Shown in pieces: positions 45,730 through 56,217 of a DNA stretch of 64,000 bases (position 1 is its first letter; every line of letters begins with the position of its first letter). A model generated the notes under the pieces. That model saw only the letters and a list, made by a program, of their open reading frames with translations, had not been told where the DNA came from and ran no database searches. A program made the translations under genes and the position numbers. Where the stretch lies: the NCBI RefSeq assembly GCF_988243305.1, contig NZ_OZ547136.1. One strand, written 5' to 3'.

Positions 45730-46505
45730 GGCTGCATCCTTTGGCGTAAATAGTCCTGCCATAGCTTTTGCGCTTTTTCTGCTACCGTTTGCCCATCAAT
45801 CAGCGTCGCTCCGCGTTGTTGCTCTGCTCTTGCCAGTTGCCGACACTGCATCGCTGGCGATTCGGCAGCAACAGTTTTACGGATAATTTCTGCTTTCCCC
45901 GCCGCCATTCGCTGACGCATTCCCGGTACTGGCAAGGCCACTTCACCGCACTGACGCACGGCAATCACCGCAGGCAAGCGAACCCGGCAACAGCGCAGCC
46001 CGTTTTCAGTACGCTGTTCAAGGGTGATAAACGGCGCGTCGAGAGTAAAACGCTCCACCTGGGTGAAGCAGGGCCAGCCCAGCATTTCCGCCAGCAAAAA
46101 TGGCGTTTGCCCATTCTGCCCTTCGCTGCTTTGGCAGCCGGTAATTATCAGATCCAGCGGATTCTGGTACTGCCATTCGGCAATATGGCGAGCGACAAAT
46201 TCCGGCGCAAAGCGCAGATCTGCCGCCGTCTCCAGCAATACAGCTTCCTCAAACCCATGAGCCATGAGATAGCGCAGCCAGTGCAACGCCCGTTCATCCC
46301 CCATGCTCAACGCGGTTAAAGACATCGACGTACCGTTTTTTCTCTGCGTCAACAGCAGCGCGGCGGCAGCCTGTTCATCAGCACCGAGTAAACTTCGCAG
46401 AAGCGAAACATCCGGTCCGCTATTACCCTGAGCCGCCGCCTGCCACTCTTTTTCCGCCAGCATTCCGGCATCCGGTTCGGCTTTAAACGCTAACAGAATG
46501 TTCAT
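45726..46505 (-). CDS. ygcR: Electron transfer flavoprotein beta-subunit-like (FixA-like)
   Basis: ORF contains MNILLAFKAEPDAGMLAEKEWQAAAQGNSGPDVSLL... Confidence 0.8.
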   Translation of the reverse strand: MNILLAFKAEPDAGMLAEKEWQAAAQGNSGPDVSLLRSLLGADEQAAAALLLTQRKNGTSMSLTALSMGDERALHWLRYLMAHGFEEAVLLETAADLRFAPEFVARHIAEWQYQNPLDLIITGCQSSEGQNGQTPFLLAEMLGWPCFTQVERFTLDAPFITLEQRTENGLRCCRVRLPAVIAVRQCGEVALPVPGMRQRMAAGKAEIIRKTVAAESPAMQCRQLARAEQQRGATLIDGQTVAEKAQKLWQDYLRQRMQP

Positions 46506-47820
46506 TCGCACCTCCAACATTTCCCGCCGCCACCAGCGGGAGTGCTTTGGTTTCTGGTGCCCATAGCCAGGTCACGACAAAACCAACCAACAACACAGCC
46601 GCCAGGAGCAATAAGGTGACTTGCATTCCCCACTGCGCCAGCACCCACGGCAGCAGGCCAGTACTTACTGCCGCGCCCAACCGACTCATGGCGGTGGCAA
46701 AACCGACGCCCAGCGAGCGAATGTCAGTAGGAAAACTTTCCGCAGGCAAAATGCCCACCAGATTACTGACTGCCGAAATGGTGGTGCTGAAGAGAACAAA
46801 AAGCAGCAGCGTTAATGAACTGCCGGAAGGCAAACAAGCCATCACTACCAGCGTTGCCGCCAGCAGCAAAAAACTTCCCAGCAAAAATTTGCGATGTGCC
46901 AGCAGGTGCGTCAGAACTAATCCCAGCAGCGCACCCACAATTAACAACGCATTAAGCATCAGGCTAGCGGTCAACGCATCTTCCAGACCAATAGTCTGGG
47001 CGATAGTTGGCAGCCAGGTATAAATCACAAACCATGGGATTACGAGGCAGACAAAGAAGACGCTGTTAAACGCCGTGCGCCGCCAGTAGCGCGAAGAGAA
47101 CAAGGTTTTGATGTGTTTATGGGTCGCCGTTGCCACTTCATCGCCCAGTAAAACATGGGGACCAAAATAGCGATGCACGATAGCGTGAGCTTCTGCAAAA
47201 CGCCCCTGGCGCAGTAGCCAGCGTGGCGATTCTGGCGTTCCCCAGCGTAATAACGTAATCAACAATGCGGGCAGAGCTGCCGATGCCAGCAGCCAGCGCC
47301 AGGCCTCCGGGCTTTCGCTAATAAAGTGATATCCGGCAATACTTGCCAGCACATAGCCTACGGTCCACACCACGCTGAATGCGCCCAGCAAAATACCGCG
47401 ATGGCGGCGCGGAGAAAATTCAGCCAGCAAGGTGTGGCCTACTGAGTAATCGCCTCCCAGACCAATGCCGATCAAAATGCGCAGTCCAATAAGATGCTCT
47501 GGCGTGGTGGCAAAAAATTGTAAGAACGAAGCGAGCGTAATCAGCAAAAAGCTGAAGGTGAAGATTTTTTGCCGACCAATATGGTCGGAGATCCACCCCA
47601 AAACCAGGCTACCGATAAACAGGCCAAGTAGCGCCGAGCCGCCAATCATTCCCGCCATAAACGGCGTCAGTTGCATGGCGGGTGTAAGCTGAATAATGGC
47701 GTAACCAATGACGCCGAGAACATAACCGTCGGTCAGGTGCGCCCCGAAAGTGAGCGCAGCAATTCGACAGTGAAAACGGTTAAGCGGTAAATCATCCATT
47801 CGCACCGGTGAAGTGTTCAT
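46483..47820 (-). CDS. ygcS: MFS transporter
   Basis: ORF contains MNTSPVRMDDLPLNRFHCRIAALTFGAHLTDGYVLG...; 12-TM hydrophobic pattern. Confidence 0.8.
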   Translation of the reverse strand: MNTSPVRMDDLPLNRFHCRIAALTFGAHLTDGYVLGVIGYAIIQLTPAMQLTPFMAGMIGGSALLGLFIGSLVLGWISDHIGRQKIFTFSFLLITLASFLQFFATTPEHLIGLRILIGIGLGGDYSVGHTLLAEFSPRRHRGILLGAFSVVWTVGYVLASIAGYHFISESPEAWRWLLASAALPALLITLLRWGTPESPRWLLRQGRFAEAHAIVHRYFGPHVLLGDEVATATHKHIKTLFSSRYWRRTAFNSVFFVCLVIPWFVIYTWLPTIAQTIGLEDALTASLMLNALLIVGALLGLVLTHLLAHRKFLLGSFLLLAATLVVMACLPSGSSLTLLLFVLFSTTISAVSNLVGILPAESFPTDIRSLGVGFATAMSRLGAAVSTGLLPWVLAQWGMQVTLLLLAAVLLVGFVVTWLWAPETKALPLVAAGNVGGANEHSVSV

Positions 47821-47913
47821 CTTTACCCCTTCATTGTCCGGTAATAAGAACGGCTTCTCGCCTGAGAAGCCGAAAAGGCAACGCTCCGTCATCGCGGAAC
47901 GCTGCCTGACACA

Positions 47914-49368
47914 TTATTTTTCAATCGGATAGATAGTACCCGTATTCATAATGCCGTTAGGATCGAACTGCTTTTTCAGCCCTTCCAGCAACGCCCACGC
48001 GCTGCCGTGTTCCAGCTTGCTCCAGTGAACGCGATGTTTACCAATACCGTGGTGGTGCACCATCGAACCGCCGAGGCGAATGGTTTCTTCGCAGATGATT
48101 TTGTTGAGCGGATTGTGGTACTTGTCGATTTCCTCTTCCGGCTTACAGTCAACAACGTTGTAGTCGTAAACGAAGTACATGTTGGTGCCGTTCTGGTAGC
48201 TGTGAGAGGAGTGACCGCCCAGCATGGTGATGTCGTCGGCGTGCGGGAACTCGGTACGAATACGGTTAATAACGCTTTCGTAGATTTCGTGAATGCAGCT
48301 CCAGCAGCCGGACACTTCGGTGGTAAAGCCCATGTTGCCGGTTTTGAGGATCTGCACACGTTCGGCAGCTACTTTATCCGGTCCCCAGTTCAGGTTGTTA
48401 AACCAGGTTTCGATCAGCTTGCTGTCCACTCGCTGGCATTGCGGGTAACGTGCCACGATTTCAGCAATCCCTTCGCCCGTCGCCTTCGCAATGCGAGGGT
48501 TACCTTCAGCCATAAAGATCAGCACGCATTTTCCGTCAGCAAAATGGGTGAAGTGTTGGGTGCCATCTTCAGCGTCATACAAACGAGCGATCGACGGACG
48601 ATACCCTTCCACCATGATTTCACGCAGGATGTTGAAGCCGGTTTTCATGTCTTCCAGGATATAGCCGTAGAAGAGGTTGTTTTCCGGGATGAACTTAAAG
48701 ATTTTCACAGTTACTTCAGTGATATAGCACAATGCACCTTCGTTGCCGATGATGATGTGACGAATGTCCGGGCCTGCCGCGCGGCGTGGTACGTTTTTAA
48801 TGCGTGTTACGGTGCCATCAGCCAATACTGCTTCCAGACCAACGACCATATCTTCGATTGCGCCGTAGAGTGTGGAGAACTGCCCGATACTGCGGGTTGC
48901 TACCAGGCCGCCCATCTGCGCCAGCGGCTTTGACTGCGGAGAATGCCCCGTGGTGTAACCTTTTTCACGCAACGCGTTTTCCAGCACTTCCAGCGGAACT
49001 CCGCATTGCGCCGTGGCCTGCATATTCTCAATATCAATATTAATGATTTGATTCATGGCAGAGCCGTCGAGCACCACCGAGTTTTCCACAACGGTTTCCA
49101 GCCCACCTTCGGTAGCGGAAGCACCGGTACGCGGCACACCGTTAATTTTGTGCGCATTCATAAAATTCAGCACACGGGATACTTGTTCTGTGGAACCGAG
49201 TTTTACGACCGCTGCCGGAATCGGCAAAGTATAAATGCCATGAATATCCGGAAATTTGCGAAAACGGTCAATACTGTTCTTCTTTAATACTGTTTCATCG
49301 GTAATTACGCGATCTGCACCAACAATTTCCTTTAGCTGGTCGACAATCGCTGCGCGAGATAAAGACAT
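47914..49368 (-). CDS. ygcU: FAD-linked oxidase (alkyldihydroxyacetonephosphate synthase / D-lactate dehydrogenase-like)
   Basis: 484-aa ORF MSLSRAAIVDQLKEIVGADRVITDETVLKKNSIDRFRKFPDIHG... Confidence 0.8.
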   Translation of the reverse strand: MSLSRAAIVDQLKEIVGADRVITDETVLKKNSIDRFRKFPDIHGIYTLPIPAAVVKLGSTEQVSRVLNFMNAHKINGVPRTGASATEGGLETVVENSVVLDGSAMNQIINIDIENMQATAQCGVPLEVLENALREKGYTTGHSPQSKPLAQMGGLVATRSIGQFSTLYGAIEDMVVGLEAVLADGTVTRIKNVPRRAAGPDIRHIIIGNEGALCYITEVTVKIFKFIPENNLFYGYILEDMKTGFNILREIMVEGYRPSIARLYDAEDGTQHFTHFADGKCVLIFMAEGNPRIAKATGEGIAEIVARYPQCQRVDSKLIETWFNNLNWGPDKVAAERVQILKTGNMGFTTEVSGCWSCIHEIYESVINRIRTEFPHADDITMLGGHSSHSYQNGTNMYFVYDYNVVDCKPEEEIDKYHNPLNKIICEETIRLGGSMVHHHGIGKHRVHWSKLEHGSAWALLEGLKKQFDPNGIMNTGTIYPIEK

Positions 49369-49437
49369 AGTAATTCCTTCCTGATAATAAAAATGGAATA
49401 ATCATTAATAAGAGAAAACAGAAACCACCGTTATGGA

Positions 49438-50223
49438 TTAGCGCACTAAATAACCGCCATCAACCACTAATAAATGTCCGTTGACATAATTCGATGCCGG
49501 ACTTGCGAGGAATACGGCTGCGCCCATTAAATCCTGAGTATCGCCCCAACGGTTTGCCGGAATATGATCAAGAACGCGCTGGTTAGTTTCTGGATTACTA
49601 CGGGTCGCCAGAGTGATATCGGTAGCGTAATATCCCGGAGCAATACCATTTACCTGAATATTATATTGACCTAGTTCATCACAATAAGCTTTGGTGAACC
49701 CGGCAAGAGCATGTTTAGTGGCAGAATATGCAGGTGACCATTGTCCACCTAAGTAAGAGAATAATGAACAGATATTAATGATTTTACCGCTTTTCTGCGG
49801 GATCATAATTTTTGCAGCTTCATAGCTTAACTCGAATGCGGCGGTCAGGTTCACATCAATCATCGGGTCCCAGTCGGCACGACCGAAGTCCAGCACCTTA
49901 TTCAGCTTACAAATACCGGCATTGTTAATCAGAATATCGACGGTACCGAAACGTTCGCAACAGGCGGCGATTATCTTCTGCGGCGCGCCTTCTGCGGTGA
50001 TATCCACCTGCATGAAGTCCACCTCAACACCCTGTTTTTCAATCATTTCCTTTGTTTCGCCGTTATCTTTAACGAAGCTTGGAATAAAGATATTTGCGCC
50101 TGCTTTGGCCAGCGCCATGGCAAATGCCTGGCCTAAACCGCTATTCCCGCCGGTAACAATTGCGGTTTTACCTTTCAGGGAGAAAAAATCCATTGAGAAC
50201 GCATTGAGAGATTCGATTGACAT
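49438..50223 (-). CDS. ygcW: Short-chain dehydrogenase/reductase (SDR)
   Basis: ORF contains MSIESLNAFSMDFFSLKGKTAIVTGGNSGLGQAFA (TGxxxGxG) and a YxxxK active-site pattern. Confidence 0.8.
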   Translation of the reverse strand: MSIESLNAFSMDFFSLKGKTAIVTGGNSGLGQAFAMALAKAGANIFIPSFVKDNGETKEMIEKQGVEVDFMQVDITAEGAPQKIIAACCERFGTVDILINNAGICKLNKVLDFGRADWDPMIDVNLTAAFELSYEAAKIMIPQKSGKIINICSLFSYLGGQWSPAYSATKHALAGFTKAYCDELGQYNIQVNGIAPGYYATDITLATRSNPETNQRVLDHIPANRWGDTQDLMGAAVFLASPASNYVNGHLLVVDGGYLVR

Positions 50224-50541
50224 AGTTAGCTCCAATTTCCGTAAGGCAAAAAAAAAGAAAGGTAACTTCCCCCGCGAGAGGGAAGTTACCTTTCTCATTA
50301 TCTCTGGTAACTGGAGATAATTTTTATCATAAGGGCATAATCGCTAATGTGATCGTAATCACAGTGTGATATTCGAATTGTCAAATAATTTTAAAAAGCA
50401 GAAGCGTGATTACTCTCACACAACACCACTACTTTCCATGTTATTTCTTATTGCAATTACTAGAGACCTGAGAAAAGTAATCCACCTGAAAGGGCGGCTT
50501 ACTTTTCTCTTTTTTTTGTCTATTACAAATGGGAATACGAT

Positions 50542-51819
50542 ATGCAACACAACTCATATCGCCGTTGGATAACCCTCGCGATAATTAGTTTTAGCGGCGG
50601 CGTTAGTTTCGACCTGGCTTATTTACGTTATATTTATCAAATTCCCATGGCGAAATTTATGGGATTCAGCAATACCGAGATAGGTTTAATAATGAGTACC
50701 TTTGGTATTGCGGCTATTATTCTTTATGCCCCCAGCGGCGTTATTGCCGATAAATTTTCACACCGCAAAATGATTACTTCCGCGATGATCATTACCGGAT
50801 TACTGGGTCTGTTAATGGCAACATATCCACCGCTGTGGGTAATGCTCTGTATTCAGGTCGCCTTTGCGATAACGACGATTTTAATGCTGTGGTCGGTGTC
50901 GATTAAAGCCGCCTCGTTGCTGGGCGATCATAGCGAGCAAGGGAAAATTATGGGCTGGATGGAAGGGCTGCGCGGCGTCGGTGTAATGTCGCTGGCGGTG
51001 TTTACCATGTGGGTCTTTTCTCGCTTTGCACCGGATGACAGCGCCAGCCTGAAAACGGTCATTATTATCTATAGTGTGGTTTACATTCTGCTGGGCATTT
51101 TGTGTTGGTTTTTTGTTAGCGATAACAACAACCTGCGCAATACCAATAACGAAGAAAAACAGTCATTCCAGCTTAGCGACATCCTGGCTGTTTTGCGCAT
51201 CAGCACCACCTGGTATTGCAGCATGGTGATTTTTGGTGTCTTCACCATCTACGCCATTCTGAGTTACTCCACCAACTATCTGACCGAAATGTACGGCATG
51301 TCGCTGGTGGCGGCGAGCTACATGGGGATTGTGATCAACAAAATCTTCCGCGCACTGTGCGGCCCACTTGGTGGCATTATCACCACCTACAGCAAAGTGA
51401 AATCCCCTACCCGCGTGATCCAAATCCTTTCCGTACTCGGCTTGCTGGCGTTAACTGCCCTGCTCGTCACGAACTCTAACCCGCAATCGGTCGCGATGGG
51501 GATTGGCCTGATTTTACTGCTGGGATTCACCTGTTACGCCTCACGCGGGCTGTACTGGGCCTGCCCTGGCGAAGCGAGAACACCGTCTTACATTATGGGC
51601 ACCACGGTAGGTATTTGTTCGGTGATTGGATTCCTGCCGGATGTCTTCGTTTACCCGATTATCGGCTACTGGCAAGACACCCTGCCCGCTGCAGAAGCCT
51701 ACCGCAATATGTGGCTGATGGGCATGGCGGCGCTTGCCATGGTGATCGTCTTTACCTTTTTGCTGTTCCAAAAAATTCGTACTGCTGATAGCGCCCCTGC
51801 TATGGCTAGCAGCAAGTAA
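50542..51819 (+). CDS. yqcE: MFS transporter
   Basis: 425-aa hydrophobic ORF MQHNSYRRWITLAIISFSGGVSFDLAYLRYIYQIPMAKFMGF... Confidence 0.8.
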   Translation: MQHNSYRRWITLAIISFSGGVSFDLAYLRYIYQIPMAKFMGFSNTEIGLIMSTFGIAAIILYAPSGVIADKFSHRKMITSAMIITGLLGLLMATYPPLWVMLCIQVAFAITTILMLWSVSIKAASLLGDHSEQGKIMGWMEGLRGVGVMSLAVFTMWVFSRFAPDDSASLKTVIIIYSVVYILLGILCWFFVSDNNNLRNTNNEEKQSFQLSDILAVLRISTTWYCSMVIFGVFTIYAILSYSTNYLTEMYGMSLVAASYMGIVINKIFRALCGPLGGIITTYSKVKSPTRVIQILSVLGLLALTALLVTNSNPQSVAMGIGLILLLGFTCYASRGLYWACPGEARTPSYIMGTTVGICSVIGFLPDVFVYPIIGYWQDTLPAAEAYRNMWLMGMAALAMVIVFTFLLFQKIRTADSAPAMASSK

Positions 51820-51845
51820 GTCCAGAAAATTACAGGAGAAAAATC

Positions 51846-53324
51846 ATGTCGAAAAAATACATCATAGGGATTGATGGCGGAAGTCAGAGCACAAAAGTGG
51901 TGATGTATGATCTGGAAGGTAATGTGGTTTGCGAAGGCAAAGGCTTATTGCAGCCGATGCACACGCCAGATGCCGATACCGCAGAACATCCTGACGACGA
52001 TTTATGGGCATCATTATGTTTTGCCGGTCACGATTTGATGAGTCAGTTTGCCGGGAATAAAGAAGATATTGTCGGTATTGGTCTGGGATCCATCCGTTGC
52101 TGCCGTGCGTTATTGAAAGCCGATGGCACGCCAGCTGCGCCGTTGATTAGCTGGCAGGATGCACGCGTTACACGCCCTTACGAACATACGAATCCTGACG
52201 TGGCATATGTCACCTCTTTTTCAGGTTATCTGACGCATCGCTTAACCGGCGAGTTTAAAGACAATATCGCCAACTATTTTGGTCAGTGGCCGGTGGATTA
52301 TAAGACCTGGGCATGGAGTGAAGATGCCGCAGTCATGGAGAAGTTTAATATCCCCCGTCATATGCTGTTTGATGTGCAAATGCCGGGCACTGTTCTTGGG
52401 CATATCACTCCTCAAGCCGCGCTGGCGACACATTTCCCAGCTGGGCTGCCGGTTGTTTGTACCACCAGTGATAAACCGGTAGAAGCACTGGGAGCCGGGT
52501 TACTGGATGATGAAACTGCGGTAATTTCTCTTGGCACTTACATCGCGTTGATGATGAACGGCAAAGCACTGCCGAAAGATCCGGTGGCGTACTGGCCGAT
52601 TATGTCTTCTATTCCGCAAACATTGCTGTATGAAGGTTACGGTATTCGCAAAGGCATGTGGACGGTGAGCTGGCTACGCGACATGTTAGGCGAGTCGTTA
52701 ATTCAGGATGCCAAAGCACAGGATCTTTCACCGGAAGATTTGCTCAACAAAAAAGCGTCTTGTGTGCCGCCAGGCTGTAATGGTCTGATGACGGTGCTGG
52801 ACTGGCTGACCAATCCGTGGGAACCGTACAAACGCGGGATTATGATTGGCTTTGATTCCAGCATGGATTACGCATGGATATATCGTTCGATACTGGAAAG
52901 CGTGGCGCTGACGCTGAAGAACAATTACGACAATATGTGTAATGAAATGAATCACTTTGCAAAGCATGTGATCATTACTGGCGGCGGTTCGAACAGCGAT
53001 CTGTTTATGCAGATTTTTGCCGACGTGTTCAACCTTCCGGCACGCCGTAACGCCATTAATGGTTGTGCAAGCCTGGGGGCAGCGATTAATACGGCGGTAG
53101 GTCTGGGGCTATACCCGGATTACGCAACGGCTGTCGACAAAATGGTTCGCGTGAAAGATATCTTTATGCCTGTTGAGAACAATGCCAAACGCTACGACGC
53201 GATGAATAAAGGCATTTTCAAGGAGTTAACCAAACATACTGATGTAATCCTGAAAAAATCGTATGAAGTGATGCATGGGGAATTGGGGAATGCGGATTCG
53301 ATCCAGAGCTGGTCGAATGCGTAA
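51846..53324 (+). CDS. ygcE: FGGY-family carbohydrate kinase
   Basis: 492-aa ORF MSKKYIIGIDGGSQSTKVVMYDLEGNVVCEGKG... Confidence 0.85.
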   Translation: MSKKYIIGIDGGSQSTKVVMYDLEGNVVCEGKGLLQPMHTPDADTAEHPDDDLWASLCFAGHDLMSQFAGNKEDIVGIGLGSIRCCRALLKADGTPAAPLISWQDARVTRPYEHTNPDVAYVTSFSGYLTHRLTGEFKDNIANYFGQWPVDYKTWAWSEDAAVMEKFNIPRHMLFDVQMPGTVLGHITPQAALATHFPAGLPVVCTTSDKPVEALGAGLLDDETAVISLGTYIALMMNGKALPKDPVAYWPIMSSIPQTLLYEGYGIRKGMWTVSWLRDMLGESLIQDAKAQDLSPEDLLNKKASCVPPGCNGLMTVLDWLTNPWEPYKRGIMIGFDSSMDYAWIYRSILESVALTLKNNYDNMCNEMNHFAKHVIITGGGSNSDLFMQIFADVFNLPARRNAINGCASLGAAINTAVGLGLYPDYATAVDKMVRVKDIFMPVENNAKRYDAMNKGIFKELTKHTDVILKKSYEVMHGELGNADSIQSWSNA

Positions 53325-53370
53325 GTGAGGAAGGCCGGGCGGGAAACTGCCCGGCCTGAACATACCTGAA

Positions 53371-53508
53371 TGGTTATCCCCGCTGACGTGGGGAACATAA
53401 GTTCGACAACTTAAAAAATGATAACAAGTCCGGTTTATCCCCGCTGATGCAGGGAACATAATAAAAACTTTAACTAGTTCGGTTTATCCCTGTTGTTACA
53501 AGGAATAT
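53371..53508 (-). CRISPR. Degenerate CRISPR remnant (three decayed repeat-like units)
   Basis: TGGTTATCCCCGCTGACGTGGGGAACAT / CGGTTTATCCCCGCTGATGCAGGGAACAT / CGGTTTATCCCTGTTGTTACAAGGAATAT separated by 32-nt and about 20-nt spacers. Confidence 0.7.
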
Positions 53509-53962
53509 TAACTACACTCGATGTCCTTAGAATAAAAGACAACGCAAACCGTACTTTATCAATTTTCATTTAAAGTATGAACTGGATATCTTTATTCATA
53601 AGAACTATTCATCAACAGCCTATAGAGACGGTTATGTAAAACCACTCATTAGCCTCAAAACAAAGACAAATTTCCAGATTTATTACTTAATCAATGAATA
53701 ATAAGCTTAAAAAACAATCTATTATCCTAAAGAAAAAATTAACAAACATCAATTCAATATTAAAAAAATAATATATGATAATTTCTTAATGATTTAAGTA
53801 TCATACAACTAACACTTTAATTAAATTTGATTTTTTGTATCGATAATTGTGAACTTATCATATATGGAGAGCTATTTTGAACATGAGGTGTTACGTGGAT
53901 ATATTGCTTAATACGAGTACTGCTAATATAAAAACTTGAGAAAGAGATAACGGGTTATATGG

Positions 53963-54418
53963 TGGTTTATCCCCGCTGGCGCGGGGAACTCCGTCAGTGT
54001 GCCAGTTGCTACTGTTTCCCATACGGTTTATCCCCGCTGACGCGGGGAACTCATCAGTGATATCCAACATTGCGGAGCTAAACGCGGTTTATCCCCGCTG
54101 GCGCGGGGAACTCTATAAATGTGCCATATACGGCGTTTGTTGCCTCGGTTTATCCCCGCTGGCGCGGGGAACTCCTCCCGGTGATGCGGGTTATGTGGCC
54201 TGCCGCCGGTTTATCCCCGCTGGCGCGGGGAACTCTTCGCCGCGTCAACAATTCGGACCTGTAAATCCGGTTTATCCCCGCTGGCGCGGGGAACTCATCC
54301 GGCGAACGCGCTACAGAGTACAGTTCACCGGTTTATCCCCGCTGGCGCGGGGAACTCGGAAACCGCCCCGGCGGTGGTTAGCTGTTTGCCGGTTTATCCC
54401 CGCTGGCGCGGGGAACTC
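53963..54418 (-). CRISPR. Second type I-E CRISPR array: 8 repeats, 7 spacers
   Basis: Same 29-bp repeat at 61-bp period (53963, 54024, 54085, 54146, 54207, 54268, 54329, 54390); AT-rich leader-like sequence beginning TCTCTAAA at the high-coordinate end, as in array 1. Confidence 0.93.
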
Positions 54419-54750
54419 TCTAAACATAACCTATTATTAATTAATAATTTTTTAAGCCAGTCACAATCTACCAACTTTATAGTATCACACAAACAACACA
54501 TCCATTATGTTAAAGAGCACTTAATCCATTGATTGAAAAGCTAAATATTTAAAGTAATCCTATACCGACTAAAATCTACCAAACTTTACCGCAATAATTT
54601 TCACTCCAGCGAAAAATTAATGCCGCAGAATTTGTAGAGAATGCTAATGATTAGCCCTGGATGGGTAAAATGGAGGAGTTTTCAGAGGCGACAAACAATA
54701 TAAATGAGTAGAAATCTTTACAGGTTCCACCCATTTATAACGCTTATAAA
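54419..54750 (-). promoter_or_regulatory. Leader of the second CRISPR array
   Basis: AT-rich non-coding region adjoining the first repeat on the transcription-proximal side; starts with the same TCTCTAAA junction seen at the array-1 leader. Confidence 0.55.
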
Positions 54751-54757
54751 TGTTTAA

Positions 54758-55429
54758 TCAGGCAATATTTAGATATTTATGTGTTTGCATCGACAAACGC
54801 CAATTACGAGCAATGCAGGTTTCAATGCACAATCGTGTGGCATCATCCTTTTGGCTAATCGGCTGCAGTGCAATGACTCGCGGTTTATCATCGGTCAGCG
54901 TCGCCAAAAGTTCATCCAGTGCTTCAATATCACGTACGCGTCCCACTGGATGCTTGATTTCGTTGGCTCGCTCCAGTGCCTGTGACAACACTTCATAGCC
55001 GCCGCGCATGTTCAGCTTTGGCGATACGGTAACCCAGGTATTCGGTGTGCAGCGTACCTCATGAGTACCACTGGTTTCGATCTGGCAGCTAAAACCGTTC
55101 TTTTCGAGCAGGTCAGTCAGTGGCAGCAAATCATGAATGCAAGGCTCACCACCCGTAATCACCACATGCCGCGCGGTGTATCCCTGGCGACCAATGACAG
55201 CCAGCAAGTCTTCACTGCTCGCCGCCCCCCACTTATCACTCTCTTTGGTCTTCGCCAGAATGCTGAAAAGGGAGACTTCCCGATCCTCAAGCTTTTCCCA
55301 GGTGTGTTTGGTGTCGCACCAGGCACAGCCAACCGGGCATCCCTGTAAACGAATAAAAATGGCGGGGACGCCGGTAAAGTAACCCTCACCTTGCAGGGTC
55401 TGGAACATCTCGTTAATCGGGTACTGCAT
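54758..55429 (-). CDS. queE: 7-carboxy-7-deazaguanine synthase QueE (radical SAM)
   Basis: 223-aa ORF MQYPINEMFQTLQGEGYFTGVPAIFIRLQGCPVGCAWCDTKHTW... Confidence 0.93.
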   Translation of the reverse strand: MQYPINEMFQTLQGEGYFTGVPAIFIRLQGCPVGCAWCDTKHTWEKLEDREVSLFSILAKTKESDKWGAASSEDLLAVIGRQGYTARHVVITGGEPCIHDLLPLTDLLEKNGFSCQIETSGTHEVRCTPNTWVTVSPKLNMRGGYEVLSQALERANEIKHPVGRVRDIEALDELLATLTDDKPRVIALQPISQKDDATRLCIETCIARNWRLSMQTHKYLNIA

Positions 55430-55601
55430 AGCATTCTCTGTGAAGTGGATAATTGTTAATTATTGCAGATCCTGCCACAACAATCATGTCTTATTAACAT
55501 TCTGTTACAGGCAGTTTTAAGGCAAAAAGTGGATTAGATCATAAAGAATAAAATGAAGCAGAGTATTATGTTTTAAGGAATTAATTAAAAGGGATTTAAA
55601 C

Positions 55602-56204
55602 ATGCTCAGAATATTCATCGTAATTATATTTATTTTCAATTTATCAGGCTGTGGATATAACGATATTCAAACCTATGATGAGCAGGTTAACGCCTCCTGG
55701 TCTGAGGTATTGAATCAATATCAACGTCGCGCCGATCTTATTCCTAATCTTGTCGCCAGCATTAAAGGTTATTCCAGCCATGAACGAGATGTACTGGAAG
55801 CCGTAACATTGGCTCGTAGCCAGGCTAATCGCGCCAGTAGCGATCTTCAGCAAACTCCGGGCGATGAACAAAAATTACAAGCCTGGCAACAGGCTCAAGC
55901 GCAGGTGACTCGCACTCTCGGTCAGTTAACGATAATTAGTGAGCGTTACCCTGAGTTAAAATCTCAGGAACTCTATCAAAATTTAATGGTACAGCTTGAA
56001 GGAAGTGAAAATCGGATTGCCGTTGCGCGAGGAAGATATATTAAAGCCATTGAACAATATAATGTCACTATCCGCAAATTCCCCGCTGTGTTAACCGCAA
56101 AGGTCATGGATTACACACCAAAGAAAAATTATTTGCCGGATGATGTCGCCGCAGTAAGTAAAGCCCCAACAATAGATTTTAGCCAGAATGCTAATGCTCA
56201 TTAA
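55602..56204 (+). CDS. LemA-family lipoprotein
   Basis: 200-aa ORF with lipoprotein signal/lipobox (FNLSGCG) and a LemA-like helical body; AT-rich. Confidence 0.8.
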   Translation: MLRIFIVIIFIFNLSGCGYNDIQTYDEQVNASWSEVLNQYQRRADLIPNLVASIKGYSSHERDVLEAVTLARSQANRASSDLQQTPGDEQKLQAWQQAQAQVTRTLGQLTIISERYPELKSQELYQNLMVQLEGSENRIAVARGRYIKAIEQYNVTIRKFPAVLTAKVMDYTPKKNYLPDDVAAVSKAPTIDFSQNANAH

Positions 56205-56217
56205 GCGGGGAAGTTCT

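Noticed and set aside
48007-48933. 308-aa plus-strand ORF
   Set aside because: Antisense to ygcU; no start context and no recognisable protein features.
53997-54440. 147-aa track ORF with repeated YPRWRGEL motifs
   Set aside because: Same artefact: translation through the second CRISPR array.
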